This document shows, one piece after another, positions 12,078 to 22,693 of a DNA stretch of 64,000 bases. The DNA comes from Gloeobacterales cyanobacterium (GTDB lineage: Bacteria; Cyanobacteriota; Cyanobacteriia; Gloeobacterales; PMM-0068): positions 34,941 to 98,940 of the forward strand of contig JBBRSB010000015.1 in the NCBI GenBank assembly GCA_038245785.1. The letters run 5' to 3'. The position numbers and the translations under genes are program-made. The notes beneath the pieces are model-generated. The model saw only the letters and a program-made list of their open reading frames with translations, had not been told where the DNA came from and did not search any database. Position 1 is the stretch's first letter. Each line of letters begins with the position of its first letter.

Positions 12078-12575
12078 ATGCCCTATTCTCAACGCATTGA
12101 ACCCCAGCCAGGTCAAGAATCTGTATGGGATTATCCTCGTCCACCCCGTTTGGAGTCCACACCCAAACATCTCACTATCACCTTCAATGGCGAAACGATT
12201 GCCAATACCAAAAAGGCTTGGCGGGTTCTAGAAACCAGTCATCCTCCCGTCTATTACCTGCCACCGGAAGACATCCGCATGGAATTTTTGACGCTGACCC
12301 AGCGCCGTTCATTTTGTGAATTCAAAGGGTCTGCTAACTACTGGACGGTGAAAGTAGGCAGTCGAGAAGAAAAAGATTGCGCCTGGAGTTATGAAAACCC
12401 ATCCCCTGCCTTCCAACCGCTCAAAGGCTATATCGCTTTCTATGCCAGCAAAATGGACACGTGCACGGTAGAGGGAGAAGAAGTGGATGCTCAGGAAGGA
12501 GATTTCTACGGCGGCTGGATTACTGCCAATATTGTCGGGCCCTTTAAGGGCTCAGTCGGTACTTGGGGCTGGTGA
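12078..12575 (+). CDS. DUF427 family protein
   Basis: ESVWDYPRPP, LETSHPPVYY, CEFKG, FYGGWIT. Confidence 0.9.
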   Translation: MPYSQRIEPQPGQESVWDYPRPPRLESTPKHLTITFNGETIANTKKAWRVLETSHPPVYYLPPEDIRMEFLTLTQRRSFCEFKGSANYWTVKVGSREEKDCAWSYENPSPAFQPLKGYIAFYASKMDTCTVEGEEVDAQEGDFYGGWITANIVGPFKGSVGTWGW

Positions 12576-12577
12576 CT

Positions 12578-13375
12578 CTAGCCCAAATTGCGGACCACGG
12601 TTATCTCAAGCTTAGCGCTAGAAGAAAGAGATACTTCCTCTGAACCGTAGTACTGATGACACCATAGCCTGAACTTCTTCATCGCTTGTGGGAAAACCGT
12701 ATCGGAGACCAACCAGCAGGATCCGTGGTCTCTCGTCTCATAGATCGCCAACAGTTCCCCAACCGTTTGTTCAACACGCCACTGGGCAGCCGTTACCGTT
12801 TCAACCGTGGCTCCTTGTGCCGTAAACCAACTTTTGACCTTTTCAAGATTGGCTCGGTCTTCAGACTCATAGGCAGGAGGTTGGAATCCTTCTTGAGTGG
12901 CCAGTATGGACCGCCAATGCGCTTCAAACTCTCTCTGGTGGGCAGTCCAAGGACTCTCACAGTAGAGGTATAACCCAGAAGGCTTTAATACTCTACAAAA
13001 TTCACGTAACGCTTGACGCCAATCAGGAAGGTGATGCAGCAGGTGCCGAGTCAGAATCACATCAAAAGAATGGTCCTCGAACGGCAGCGACGAAGCATCC
13101 CCTTCGAGAAGCGTCACTTTGTCCGGGACCTCTTTCAACTTTCGACGGAGCTGGTTGAGCATCTTTTGAGAGATATCAAGGCCCGTATAGAAGTACCCTC
13201 TTTTGATAATTGGTAGGGCATTCAATCCTGTGCCAATCCCTGGTTCTAGAAATGTTGTCTCTGGAGTCGCTTCCACGAGGCGCAAAACAGTTTCTGTCAC
13301 CTGTTTATCAATGGAGGTAGGCATAGCCCTTGTCACATCATAGATGCTGGCTATCTGGTCGTAATAGAGGTTCAT
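12578..13375 (-). CDS. Class I SAM-dependent methyltransferase
   Basis: LEPGIGTG, GDASSLPF, RVLKPSG. Confidence 0.85.
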   Translation of the reverse strand: MNLYYDQIASIYDVTRAMPTSIDKQVTETVLRLVEATPETTFLEPGIGTGLNALPIIKRGYFYTGLDISQKMLNQLRRKLKEVPDKVTLLEGDASSLPFEDHSFDVILTRHLLHHLPDWRQALREFCRVLKPSGLYLYCESPWTAHQREFEAHWRSILATQEGFQPPAYESEDRANLEKVKSWFTAQGATVETVTAAQWRVEQTVGELLAIYETRDHGSCWLVSDTVFPQAMKKFRLWCHQYYGSEEVSLSSSAKLEITVVRNLG

Positions 13376-13429
13376 CGCCTACAGGACACCCCTTCCAACC
13401 TATAAGTTGCCGATAGGATCGAGAAATTT

Positions 13430-14950
13430 TCAATTTGTGACAATTGGGGACGATTTAGATTGTAATCCTGCTGGAATGAGCCAGCGATCCAATAGATCAA
13501 ACCCAAATTGAACGAGTAAGGCGAGGGCTGCAGCCGGGATCGCTCCAGCGAGTAAGGTGGCATTGTCATTCAGCGCTAGGCCAGAAGCGATGCGTTCGCC
13601 ATAGCCTCCCGCTCCGATGAAGGCTGCGATGGTCGCGGTACCTACGTTAATTATCGCCGAAGTTTTGATGCCTGCCAGAATGGTTCGGGCCGCTAGAGGT
13701 AGCTCCACCAAGCGCAAACGAGCGAACGAGGGCAAGCCAAGGGCAAGGGCGGATTCTTTCAAAGAAGGTGGAATATCTGAGAGCCCAGTGTAGGTATTGC
13801 GGACGATGGGCAACAGAGCATAGAGGAAAAGGGCTACTAAGGCAGAAGGAGTTCCAATTTGGAAAAGAGGAATCAAAAAAGCTAAAAGGGCTAGCGATGG
13901 AATCGTCTGGATTATCCCAACAATCGAAAGAATGGGTTGAGCGGCCTGAGGTACCCGCACTGCCCAAATGCCAAGCGGGACACCGACCAAAACGCCAAAG
14001 GCCAAAGAAATAGAGACCAACGTAATGTGTTCCGTGGTCAATTTCCAGAAATCATCTCCGAAGAGTTTGGCCAGAAAGGGTTGTTTCTCATCGGTAGTAG
14101 TCGGCGTGTTCACCGCTTGATTTAAAAATCGGGCGGCAATGGTGGCAAAGCTTTTACCTTCTAGTTCAGCCTCTGCGTTCATGGCAATCATCTGCTTTTC
14201 TGAAATTTTGCCTTCGAGCTTTTGCAGGGCTGCCCAGGTTTTGGGCAGACGTTTCGCTATATCCAGACGATAGAGAAGCACGGCTTCATAGGAGGGGAAG
14301 AATTTACGGTCATCGGTCAGCACCCGCAGCTTGTAACGGTTGATTTTGGCATCGGTCGTATAGATATCGGTAATATCAACTTGCCCTTGGGCCATCGCTT
14401 CATAGCTCAGCCCGTGGTCGATGCCCCGTGGTGTAGCAAACGGGAGCCTGTAGGCTTTTCGCAGACCAGGCCAACCATCAGCACGACCTAGAAATTCTGG
14501 GGAAAGAGCGAGTTTCAGCTCTGGGTGTTTTGTCAAATCGGAAAGGGTCCGGATTCCCAATTTCTCCGCCTTTTCTTCACGCATGGCGAGGGCATAGGTA
14601 TCGCTAAAGCCAAGAGGGACAGCAATGCCTAAACCTTCCGGAGCCAATTGCCGATTGAGCGTGGCGATATCTGCTGGAGCTTTGTTTTTGAGAATTTCCT
14701 TGTCCAGGGTGCCGACATATTCAGGGTAAACATCGATACTGCCGCTTTTTAAGGCAGAAAAAACGATGCCTGTATTGCCCAAACCCTGTTTGTGCGTAGT
14801 TTTGGCCTCTTGGGTTGCCTTAGCCGTTTGTCGGATGATTTCGCCGAGGATGTACGACTCTGTGAATCGTTTGGAACCGACGGTCAATTCCTGGGCAAAG
14901 ACCGTTGGGGTGAGCGTTAGCACGATTAAGAAGGCTAGCCAGATTCTCAA
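13430..14950 (-). CDS. Osmoprotectant (glycine betaine/choline) ABC transporter, fused substrate-binding and permease protein
   Basis: VGSKRFTE, YPEYVGT, FFPSY; C-terminal TIPSLALL and IGAGGYG permease motifs. Confidence 0.9.
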   Translation of the reverse strand: MRIWLAFLIVLTLTPTVFAQELTVGSKRFTESYILGEIIRQTAKATQEAKTTHKQGLGNTGIVFSALKSGSIDVYPEYVGTLDKEILKNKAPADIATLNRQLAPEGLGIAVPLGFSDTYALAMREEKAEKLGIRTLSDLTKHPELKLALSPEFLGRADGWPGLRKAYRLPFATPRGIDHGLSYEAMAQGQVDITDIYTTDAKINRYKLRVLTDDRKFFPSYEAVLLYRLDIAKRLPKTWAALQKLEGKISEKQMIAMNAEAELEGKSFATIAARFLNQAVNTPTTTDEKQPFLAKLFGDDFWKLTTEHITLVSISLAFGVLVGVPLGIWAVRVPQAAQPILSIVGIIQTIPSLALLAFLIPLFQIGTPSALVALFLYALLPIVRNTYTGLSDIPPSLKESALALGLPSFARLRLVELPLAARTILAGIKTSAIINVGTATIAAFIGAGGYGERIASGLALNDNATLLAGAIPAAALALLVQFGFDLLDRWLIPAGLQSKSSPIVTN

Positions 14951-15699
14951 CGTATCTGTTCCTCAAGGGAGGGTAGCGGTGAGCGCTGGGCACGGATAAA
15001 GTCGGTGACATAGGGCTCAACCGGGCGTTCGAGCAGGTCGTCTAAAGATCCACGCTGAACAATGCGACCCTCGCGCATCAGAACAATCTCATCACCAAAA
15101 TAGGCGGCTTCGCCCATGTCATGGGTGACCAGGACAACGGTTTTTTTCAGGTCTGTGAAAATATTTTTGAGTTGGGTTTGCAGTTCGCTGCGGGTAATCG
15201 GGTCTAAGGCTCCCAGCGGTTCATCGAATAGCAATATCGCTGGGTCTAGCATCAGTGCTCGCATCAGGCCTACCCGCTGTCGCTGCCCTCCGGATAGGTC
15301 TTTCGGATATCGGGATAGAGACGCCCGAGAAAGTTGGACTAAATCGGATAAGGCCGCTATCCGCTGACTAATTTCATCGGAAGAGCGCTTGAGGAAGCGA
15401 GCGAGGAGTGTGACATTCTCCTCCGCCGTGAGATGGGGAAATAAGCCGCCATCTTGGATCACGTAACCAATCCCATGACGCACCGTTTGCGCATTCTCCG
15501 CCGTTAATTCTTGCGTTCCCAGAACTATCCGTCCTCCATCGGGACGGACCAATCCGACAATAATTCTTAGCAGCGTAGATTTACCGCATCCACTCGGCCC
15601 GATAAGAACTGTGGTCGCACCAGGTTGGAAGACCAAGGTGGTTGAGGCCAAAGCGGTCTGCTTGCCATAGGTCTTTGAGACATTTTCGACATGAATCAT
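14947..15699 (-). CDS. Osmoprotectant ABC transporter ATP-binding protein
   Basis: GPSGCGKST, LSGGQRQR, DEPLGALD. Confidence 0.92.
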   Translation of the reverse strand: MIHVENVSKTYGKQTALASTTLVFQPGATTVLIGPSGCGKSTLLRIIVGLVRPDGGRIVLGTQELTAENAQTVRHGIGYVIQDGGLFPHLTAEENVTLLARFLKRSSDEISQRIAALSDLVQLSRASLSRYPKDLSGGQRQRVGLMRALMLDPAILLFDEPLGALDPITRSELQTQLKNIFTDLKKTVVLVTHDMGEAAYFGDEIVLMREGRIVQRGSLDDLLERPVEPYVTDFIRAQRSPLPSLEEQIR

Positions 15700-15726
15700 A
15701 GGACCATGCTACCTTGCCTTACCGGA

Positions 15727-15945
15727 CTAGCTGTTCCGAGGGTAAAGGTACACATCATAATTTTCAACGTCGTCCACCCCTCCAAAAGAGATAGTGTCTT
15801 CACCCAGTTCCCAAGTCAGATCTTCTTCTTCGATGGTTGGGGAAATTATTAGTAGATTGTTTTCCCTCCGAATCTCTACCTCCTTCACTCTCACCAGGAA
15901 CTCTTTTGGGATGAGTGCACCCTGTTCTGTCACCTTTATTTTCAT
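15727..15945 (-). CDS. Small AbrB/MazE-like antitoxin-type protein
   Basis: KVTEQGALIPKEFL...VEIRRENNLLII pattern; no partner toxin seen. Confidence 0.5.
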   Translation of the reverse strand: MKIKVTEQGALIPKEFLVRVKEVEIRRENNLLIISPTIEEEDLTWELGEDTISFGGVDDVENYDVYLYPRNS

Positions 15946-16100
15946 AGGTCCTCCACTTAGGAGTTCAAAATTTATACTCTAGTTTTAGTGTCGCTCTATT
16001 TGTCTGAAGAAGCACCGAATGAGCTACTGATGAACATAGAGGTGTACTTTATACTGAAGGAAAGTCTTTCAGGCGTGAATCCTGACCTGGAGCCATCTCC

Positions 16101-16688
16101 ATGACCATCATCACCCAAAAATTAACCTTCGAGGAATACCTCATCTATGACGACGGCACAGATACCCGTTATGAATTGGTTGATGGAGAACTTGTACCCA
16201 TGAGCCTGGGTACCGGAAAACATGGAGCCGTCATCCGTTTCTTGGTGCGTCAGTTTGATGATGCCCTTTCTCAATCAGGGAAACCCTGGGTGTCTCTCCC
16301 TGCGCTTGTTGGTGTGCGCTCTCCTCGTGGCAAACGCTGGGACACCTGCCGCATTCCCGATGTCACTGTTCTATCCCTTGCACAATGGGAATCGATGGCA
16401 GACCGCGAGGCCGTAATTGACCTGAATGAACCACCGCCTTTGTTGGTCGTCGAAGTTGTCAGCCCATCTACCAAAACCGATGACTACCGCTCAAAACGCG
16501 CAGAATACGGACTCCTAGAAATCCCCGAATACTGGATCGTAGACCCCCTCACCGAGAAAATTACCCTTTGCCTGCTGGACCATCAGTTTTACGATTCCAC
16601 AGAATTCCGAGGCGATGACATCATTCAGTCTCCTACCTTCCCAGAACTCAACCTAACTGCTGCTCAATTTTTGGCGGGCAGAGCGTAA
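16101..16688 (+). CDS. Uma2 (DUF820) family endonuclease-like protein
   Basis: RYELVDGEL, PD, VEVVSPS, IPEYWIVDP. Confidence 0.92.
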   Translation: MTIITQKLTFEEYLIYDDGTDTRYELVDGELVPMSLGTGKHGAVIRFLVRQFDDALSQSGKPWVSLPALVGVRSPRGKRWDTCRIPDVTVLSLAQWESMADREAVIDLNEPPPLLVVEVVSPSTKTDDYRSKRAEYGLLEIPEYWIVDPLTEKITLCLLDHQFYDSTEFRGDDIIQSPTFPELNLTAAQFLAGRA

Positions 16689-17196
16689 CAGGCGGGAAAT
16701 AAACAGGGCTATTTGTCTTTTAGGCTCTTACTTTTTCTGGTAATCATATGCACTGCAAATATCTCTAAAAAATTGATATCAGACTATCAAAATCCGTACA
16801 TACGGAGAACATTAAGTTTTTGCAACTGTCCTAAAGTGTCATATCTTGCATACGCTATGTAGCAAGAGACTTATGAGCTTTGTTGTTAACACTTTAGGGC
16901 TTTAGGTCTAGTTTTCAAAATTGGTAAGTAGCGCACGATACACAAATGTTAGAACTCTACATAAAAAAGTGCAGACTTATCTAAAGCAGATTTGCAGAGG
17001 TAGGATCGCATGATGGAACTATCAAATGTATCAGACGAACCTGTGAATCCTTTTATAGACCTTGATCTTAGGCTCTCCCACTTCAAGTTATTGGCTCATT
17101 TCTCAGGAATAGTCAAAAAATTGGACACTCAAAACCATAAACTGTAAAGACGTTTCTGGATGCCGTTGCGATTAGATGGACTGATTAGCGCAAAGT

Positions 17197-20100
17197 ATGA
17201 CAATAGAATCAGCCAATTTTGAGTTTTTGCGACCTCATGACGTGCAGTTAGTACGCCTTAGTGCTTTGGCTGAGCGATATTTCCGAGATGACCCCAGCAC
17301 CTGCCTGATCAAGTTACGACAGTTTGCTGAACTACTGGCACAATCGACCGCTGCTAGGACAGGGCTGTTCGTATCAACCGAGGAACCCCAGGCAGACCTG
17401 TTGCGCCGATTGAAAATTGAGCGGGTTTTGTCCCATGAAGTAGCTGATCTGTTCTATCAAATCAGGGTCGCAGGAAACAGGGCAGCCCATGAATATACTG
17501 GCGATCATGCAGAAGCTCTGACCATGTTGAAGATGGCTCGACAACTAGCCATCTGGTTTCATCGAACATTTAACGCGGACACCAGATTCAAAGCTGGTGC
17601 TTTTGTGCCGCCTCCCAATCCAGCTGATGCGACGGCAGAGCTGGCAGCGGAATTGGAACGCCTACATATTGCTCTTGAAGAGACGCGCACCGAGGCAGAG
17701 CGAACAAGGCTGGCAGCGGAAGAACAGGCCAAGGTGTTGCTAAGTGCTGAGGAGAAGGCCCGTAAGGAAGCAGAAGAACGGTCACTGTGGGAAGAACTGG
17801 CTGGAGAATCTGAACAGGCCAGAGCAGCCCTTGAAGCGCAATTGGCTTCGCTTCAGGCCACCGCTAAGCAGTTACCCGCGCAACAGACCGCTGCGATTAT
17901 TTCTCTGGCTGACCAGGCTGCTTCGGTCATCGACTTGGATGAGGATGAGACAAGGGCGATTATTGATCAGCAATTGCGGGATGCTGGCTGGTCGGCTGAT
18001 ACCAGGGATTTACGTTATGGGAAGGGAATAAGGCCAGCCAAGGGCAAGAACATGGCGATCGCCGAATGGCCAACCGCCAAAGGCATAGCTGATTACGCGC
18101 TGTTTATTGGAACAAGCTGTATAGGCTTTATTGAAGCTAAGCGCAGACGGAAGAATGTTTCAGCCGCGATTGACCAAGCGGAGAGATATGCTAAAGGGTT
18201 TCAGGCGGGTGATGGTTTTGAGACAATAGGCGGCGGTTCATGGAGTGAGTTTCATGCCCCCTTTGTGTTTGCAACAAATGGACGGCCATATCTGAAACAG
18301 ATTGAAACGGAGAGTGGGATATGGTTTCGGGATGTTCGTAAACCCACCAACCGCCGCCGCGCCCTGGCTGGCTGGCCCACGCCGGAAGGATTGGAAGCCC
18401 AGTTAGGGGTTGACCGTGAAGCAGCCCACGCCGCCCTGAAAACCCAGCCTTATCAGTTTGGTTTCCCTTTGCGTCCCTATCAGCAACGGGCGATTGAAAC
18501 TGTTGAAAGCAGTCTGGAAGACGATAACCGCGCCATGCTGGTGGCGATGGCTACTGGAACTGGCAAGACCAAGCTGGCAATCGCTCTTCTTTATCGTTTG
18601 TTGACGGCTAAGCGTTTCCGTCGTGTCTGTTTTGTAGTCGATCGCAGTGCCTTGGGGAGTCAAGCAGCAGGGGAGTTTCGCACCACTAAAGTCGTAACCG
18701 CCAAGACCTTTGCCGATATTTTCGGGTTGCAGGGGCTGGGAGACGTTACCCCAGAGTCAGAAACTAAGGTTCACATTTGTACCATTCAGGGGCTAGTGAA
18801 ACGGGTTCTCTATGCCAGTGAGCCAGCGAGCATTCCACCAATTGATCAATATGACCTGTTGTTGATTGATGAATGTCACCGAGGATATTTGCTCGATCGG
18901 GAAATGTCCGATGCCGAACTGAGTTTCCGCAGCCAGGATGATTATGTTTCCAAGTATCGCCGCGTTCTAGAACATTTTGATGCCGTCAAGATTGGCTTGA
19001 CCGCCACGCCTGCCCTGCACACCGTGCAAATCTTCGGGGAACCAGTTTTCAAATACTCCTATCGAGAAGCGGTGATTGACGGTTTCTTGATTGACCATGA
19101 ACCACCCGTTCGGATCCAGACCTCCCTGAGCAAAGCGGGCATCCGCTTTCGTACCGGAGAAGCGATGGATGTCATCTATCCCACTACTCGGCAGATCGAG
19201 CAAACCTATGCCCCCGATGATCTGAATTTCGAGGTGGATGAGTTTAACAAGAAGGTCGTAACTATACCGTTCAATCAGGCGGTGGCGAGGGAACTGGCCA
19301 AATACATTGACCCCAATCTGCCCGGAAAAACCCTGATTTTTGCCGCCAATGATGCCCATGCTGACATTGTGGTTGAGCAGGTTAAAAAGGCGATGGAGGA
19401 CTATTACGGCGAGATTGAGGATGCCGCTGTTCGCAAAATTACGGGCAGTGTGGATCGGGTGGGTGATCTGATCCGTTCCTACCGCAATGATGCCATGCCT
19501 AAGATTGCGGTGACGGTTGACCTGCTGACGACAGGCATTGATGTGCCTAGCATTACTAACCTGGTGTTTTTGCGGCGGGTAAATAGTCGTATTCTCTATG
19601 AGCAGATGTTGGGACGGGCCACCAGACAATGCAACTAAATTGGCAAGGAGACCTTCCGAATTTTTGATGCGGTTGACCTTTATGCCAATTTGCAAGCTTT
19701 AACTGAGATGAAACCCGTAGTGGTGAATCCGAACATCACCCTGGAGCAGTTATTTGATGAGTTTGCCCAGATTACTAACGACATCCACCGCGCTGAAATA
19801 CGTGATCAGATATTGGTGAAGCTGGGCCGAAAATTGCGACGGCTACCGGAGCAGGCCAAGGAAAGCTATGAGGCTCAGATTGGCGAAACACCGGAAGCCA
19901 CTCTGGAGCGATTTAGAACATCCTCACTGCCAGAACTGACAGGGTGGGTCAAGGAGCGGTCAGGTATCGGGCGGATTTTGGACTGGAATGCTGAAGGTAG
20001 TGGATTGTACATGCCGATTTCTAATCATCCGGATCAGGTGATAGCCGTGACCCGTGGGTATGGCACAGCTCAAAAACCTGATGACTTTCTGGACAGCTTT

Positions 20101-20580
20101 ACCGCCTATATTCGGGATAACGTCAATAAACTGGCGGCTTTGACGGTAGTATTGCAGCGACCACGTGAGCTGACCCGCGCCCAGCTTCGAGAATTGCGAC
20201 TAGAGCTTGATAAGATGGGCTACTCAGAAACCAATCTGCGGCAGGCATGGCAGGATGCCAAGAATGAGGACATTGCGGCTTCTATTATTGGCTTCATCCG
20301 TCAGGCAGATTTGGGTGATCCGCTTATTCCCTATGACGAGCGGGTAAAGAACGCCATGAAAAGCATCTTGAGCAAGCGGTCATGGACGGACCCGCAGCGC
20401 AAATGGTTACAGCGGATTGGAGAACAGGTCGCCCGTGAGTTTATTGTTGATCGGGATGCCCTTGACCAGGAACCCTTCCAGGCGGATGGCGGGTTTAACC
20501 GACTTAACCGAATATTTGATGGACAGCTGGAAGCAATTCTAGGAGACATAAACGAGGAACTATGGCGAAAGACAGCTTGA
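17197..20580 (+). pseudogene. hsdR: Type I restriction enzyme R subunit (EcoKI-like) with one nonsense codon
   Basis: ADY..IEAK nuclease motif, MATGTGKT, DECH, QMLGRATR; TAA at 19636-19638 is followed in frame by IGKETFRIFDAVDLY, continuing to 20580. Confidence 0.92.
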
Positions 20581-22034
20581 TCAGTCCCAGCAACGTGACC
20601 CGCGATATTGTCGCAAAGCTTTGGAGTTTGTGTAATATCCTTCGAGATGATGGCATTACCTACAACGAGTACGTCACGGAGCTGACCTATTTGCTGTTTC
20701 TGAAGATGCTGGCTGAGACAGGCCGTGAAAGCCGTTTGCCAGATCAGTACCGTTGGGCTGATCTAGACCAGCGGGAAGGTCTGGAGCAACTGGAGTTTTA
20801 TCGGCAGCTCCTGCTCGATCTGGGCACTCAGAAAAAAGTGTCAGACGCTGTTGTGCTGGCTATTTTTACCGATGCTCAGACCAAGCTAAGGAAGCCAACC
20901 AATCTGAAGGCATTGACGGATGCGATTGACCGACTGGACTGGTTTTCGGCCCGTGAGGAAGGGTTAGGCAATCTTTATGAAGGGTTGCTGGAGAAGAACG
21001 CCGCCGAGAAGAAATCAGGGGCAGGCCAATACTTTACACCGCGTCCGTTGATCGATTGCATTGTCCGGCTGGTTAAGCCCCAGGCGGGAGAGGTAGTGCA
21101 AGATCCAGCGGCGGGGACGGGGGGGTTTTTGGTGGCGGCTGATCAGTTCATCAAGAAGCATACGAATGATCTCTACACGCTGACCAAGGAGCAGGTGTAT
21201 TCCCAGCGCAATGAGGCTTACCGAGGACTGGAGCTGGTGCCCGATGCGCACCGACTTTGCCTGATGAATTTGATGCTGCACGGGATTGAAAGCAGCGTGG
21301 AGTGTGGTGATAGCCTATCTCCTGATGGAGAATCCTTGGGGAAAGCGGATGTTATCCTCACCAATCCACCTTTTGGCACGAAGAAGGGCGGCGGACGACC
21401 AACGCGCTCTGATTTTTCGACTACGGCGGAAACCTCTAACAAGCAGTTAGCCTTTGTAGAGCATATTTATCGCGCCCTGAAACCAGGCGGACGGGCGGCG
21501 GTAGTTTTACCGGATAACGTGCTGTTTGAGGACAATACGGGTCGCAAGTTGCGGCAGCAGCTTATGGAACTGTGTGATCTGCATACTATTTTGAGATTGC
21601 CGACGGGAATTTTTTACGCCCAAGGGGTGAAAACGAATGTGCTGTTTTTCACTCGTGGCAAGAGCGACCGAGGCAATACCAAATCTGTCTGGGTCTATGA
21701 CATGCGGGCAAACATGAACAGTTTCGGTAAGACCAGGCTCTTGACCGTGGCTGATTTTGCTGACTTTGAAACAGTCTTTGGTGATGACCCATTGGGCAAG
21801 TCACCCCGCTTTGACCAGGGAGAAGAAGGGCGTTTCCGTTGTTTTACCCGTGAGCAGATTGCCGATCGCAACGACAATTTAGATATTGCCTGGCTCAGAG
21901 ACACGAGCAATGACCCAGAAGACGAGATGACTGAGCCGGAGGAGATTGCGGCTGCTATCGCCGGACATTTACGCACGGCTCTGGCAGAAATTGAGGCACT
22001 GATGCAGGAGGTGGGCGATGAAAACGCGGGATGA
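20562..22034 (+). CDS. hsdM: Type I restriction-modification N6-adenine methyltransferase
   Basis: GQYFTPR, DPAAGTGGF, NPPF. Confidence 0.96.
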   Translation: MAKDSLISPSNVTRDIVAKLWSLCNILRDDGITYNEYVTELTYLLFLKMLAETGRESRLPDQYRWADLDQREGLEQLEFYRQLLLDLGTQKKVSDAVVLAIFTDAQTKLRKPTNLKALTDAIDRLDWFSAREEGLGNLYEGLLEKNAAEKKSGAGQYFTPRPLIDCIVRLVKPQAGEVVQDPAAGTGGFLVAADQFIKKHTNDLYTLTKEQVYSQRNEAYRGLELVPDAHRLCLMNLMLHGIESSVECGDSLSPDGESLGKADVILTNPPFGTKKGGGRPTRSDFSTTAETSNKQLAFVEHIYRALKPGGRAAVVLPDNVLFEDNTGRKLRQQLMELCDLHTILRLPTGIFYAQGVKTNVLFFTRGKSDRGNTKSVWVYDMRANMNSFGKTRLLTVADFADFETVFGDDPLGKSPRFDQGEEGRFRCFTREQIADRNDNLDIAWLRDTSNDPEDEMTEPEEIAAAIAGHLRTALAEIEALMQEVGDENAG

Positions 22035-22311
22035 GATTTTACAGATTTTAGCGAATCAAAAATTGTCGTTATTGGAAACGTATCAAATTACGAGGTTGGG
22101 TATTTTTGGCTCTTATGCCAGGGAACAACAAACAGAGACAAGCGATCTGGACGTGTTGGTGGATTATAGTCAGCCCCCTAATTTGCTGAAGTTGATTGAG
22201 CTGCGAGACTACTTGAGTCAACTCTTTACGATCAAGGTGGATGTAGTAACCCAAAGTGGCCTTAAGCCTCGCATTCGTGATCGGGTTCTATCTGAGGTGA
22301 TTTATCCATGA
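22018..22311 (+). CDS. Minimal nucleotidyltransferase (MNT/MntA-type antitoxin)
   Basis: FGSYAR..SDLDVLV, KVDVVT. Confidence 0.9.
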   Translation: MKTRDEILQILANQKLSLLETYQITRLGIFGSYAREQQTETSDLDVLVDYSQPPNLLKLIELRDYLSQLFTIKVDVVTQSGLKPRIRDRVLSEVIYP

Positions 22312-22613
22312 ATGCTACTAAGGAAACAATTATTGCTTGTTTACGGCAAAATTTTGCTTATCTCAAAGATCAATATCACGTTAAAAGGATTGGTCTTTTT
22401 GGTTCATTTGCAACGGAAACAGCAACAGCAAACAGTGATGTCGATCTCGTTATAGAGTTTGAGCAGCCCATTGGTTTGAAGTTTATAGAGCTGTGCGGAT
22501 ATCTTGAGAGTTGTTTGGGCAGGAAAGTAGATGTCTTGACTACGGCAGGTGTTGCAAGTATTCGTAATCACTCTGTAGCAGATCGCATTACCAAGAGTGT
22601 TATTTATGTCTAG
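22308..22613 (+). CDS. Minimal nucleotidyltransferase (MNT/MntA-type antitoxin)
   Basis: FGSFA..SDVDLVIEF, GRKVDVLT. Confidence 0.9.
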   Translation: MNATKETIIACLRQNFAYLKDQYHVKRIGLFGSFATETATANSDVDLVIEFEQPIGLKFIELCGYLESCLGRKVDVLTTAGVASIRNHSVADRITKSVIYV

Positions 22614-22693
22614 CCGAAGCGATAAGAAGCCCAGCAGCGTGAGTAAAGTTTTGTTCTATTGAATTAGTAGCTATTGCGATCATTTTGAGGTGA

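Noticed and set aside
19636..19638. Programmed stop-codon recoding (also at 6296-6298)
   Set aside because: TAA is used as a normal stop by many intact genes here (groES, groEL, thiC), and no recoding signal is visible.
18967..19695. Long antisense ORFs (for example 242 aa opposite hsdR, and others opposite groEL, cysK and ftsH)
   Set aside because: These are shadow frames of well-supported genes with no recognisable motifs.
19690..20580. Separate 296-aa gene
   Set aside because: It is the in-frame C-terminal part of hsdR beyond the nonsense codon.
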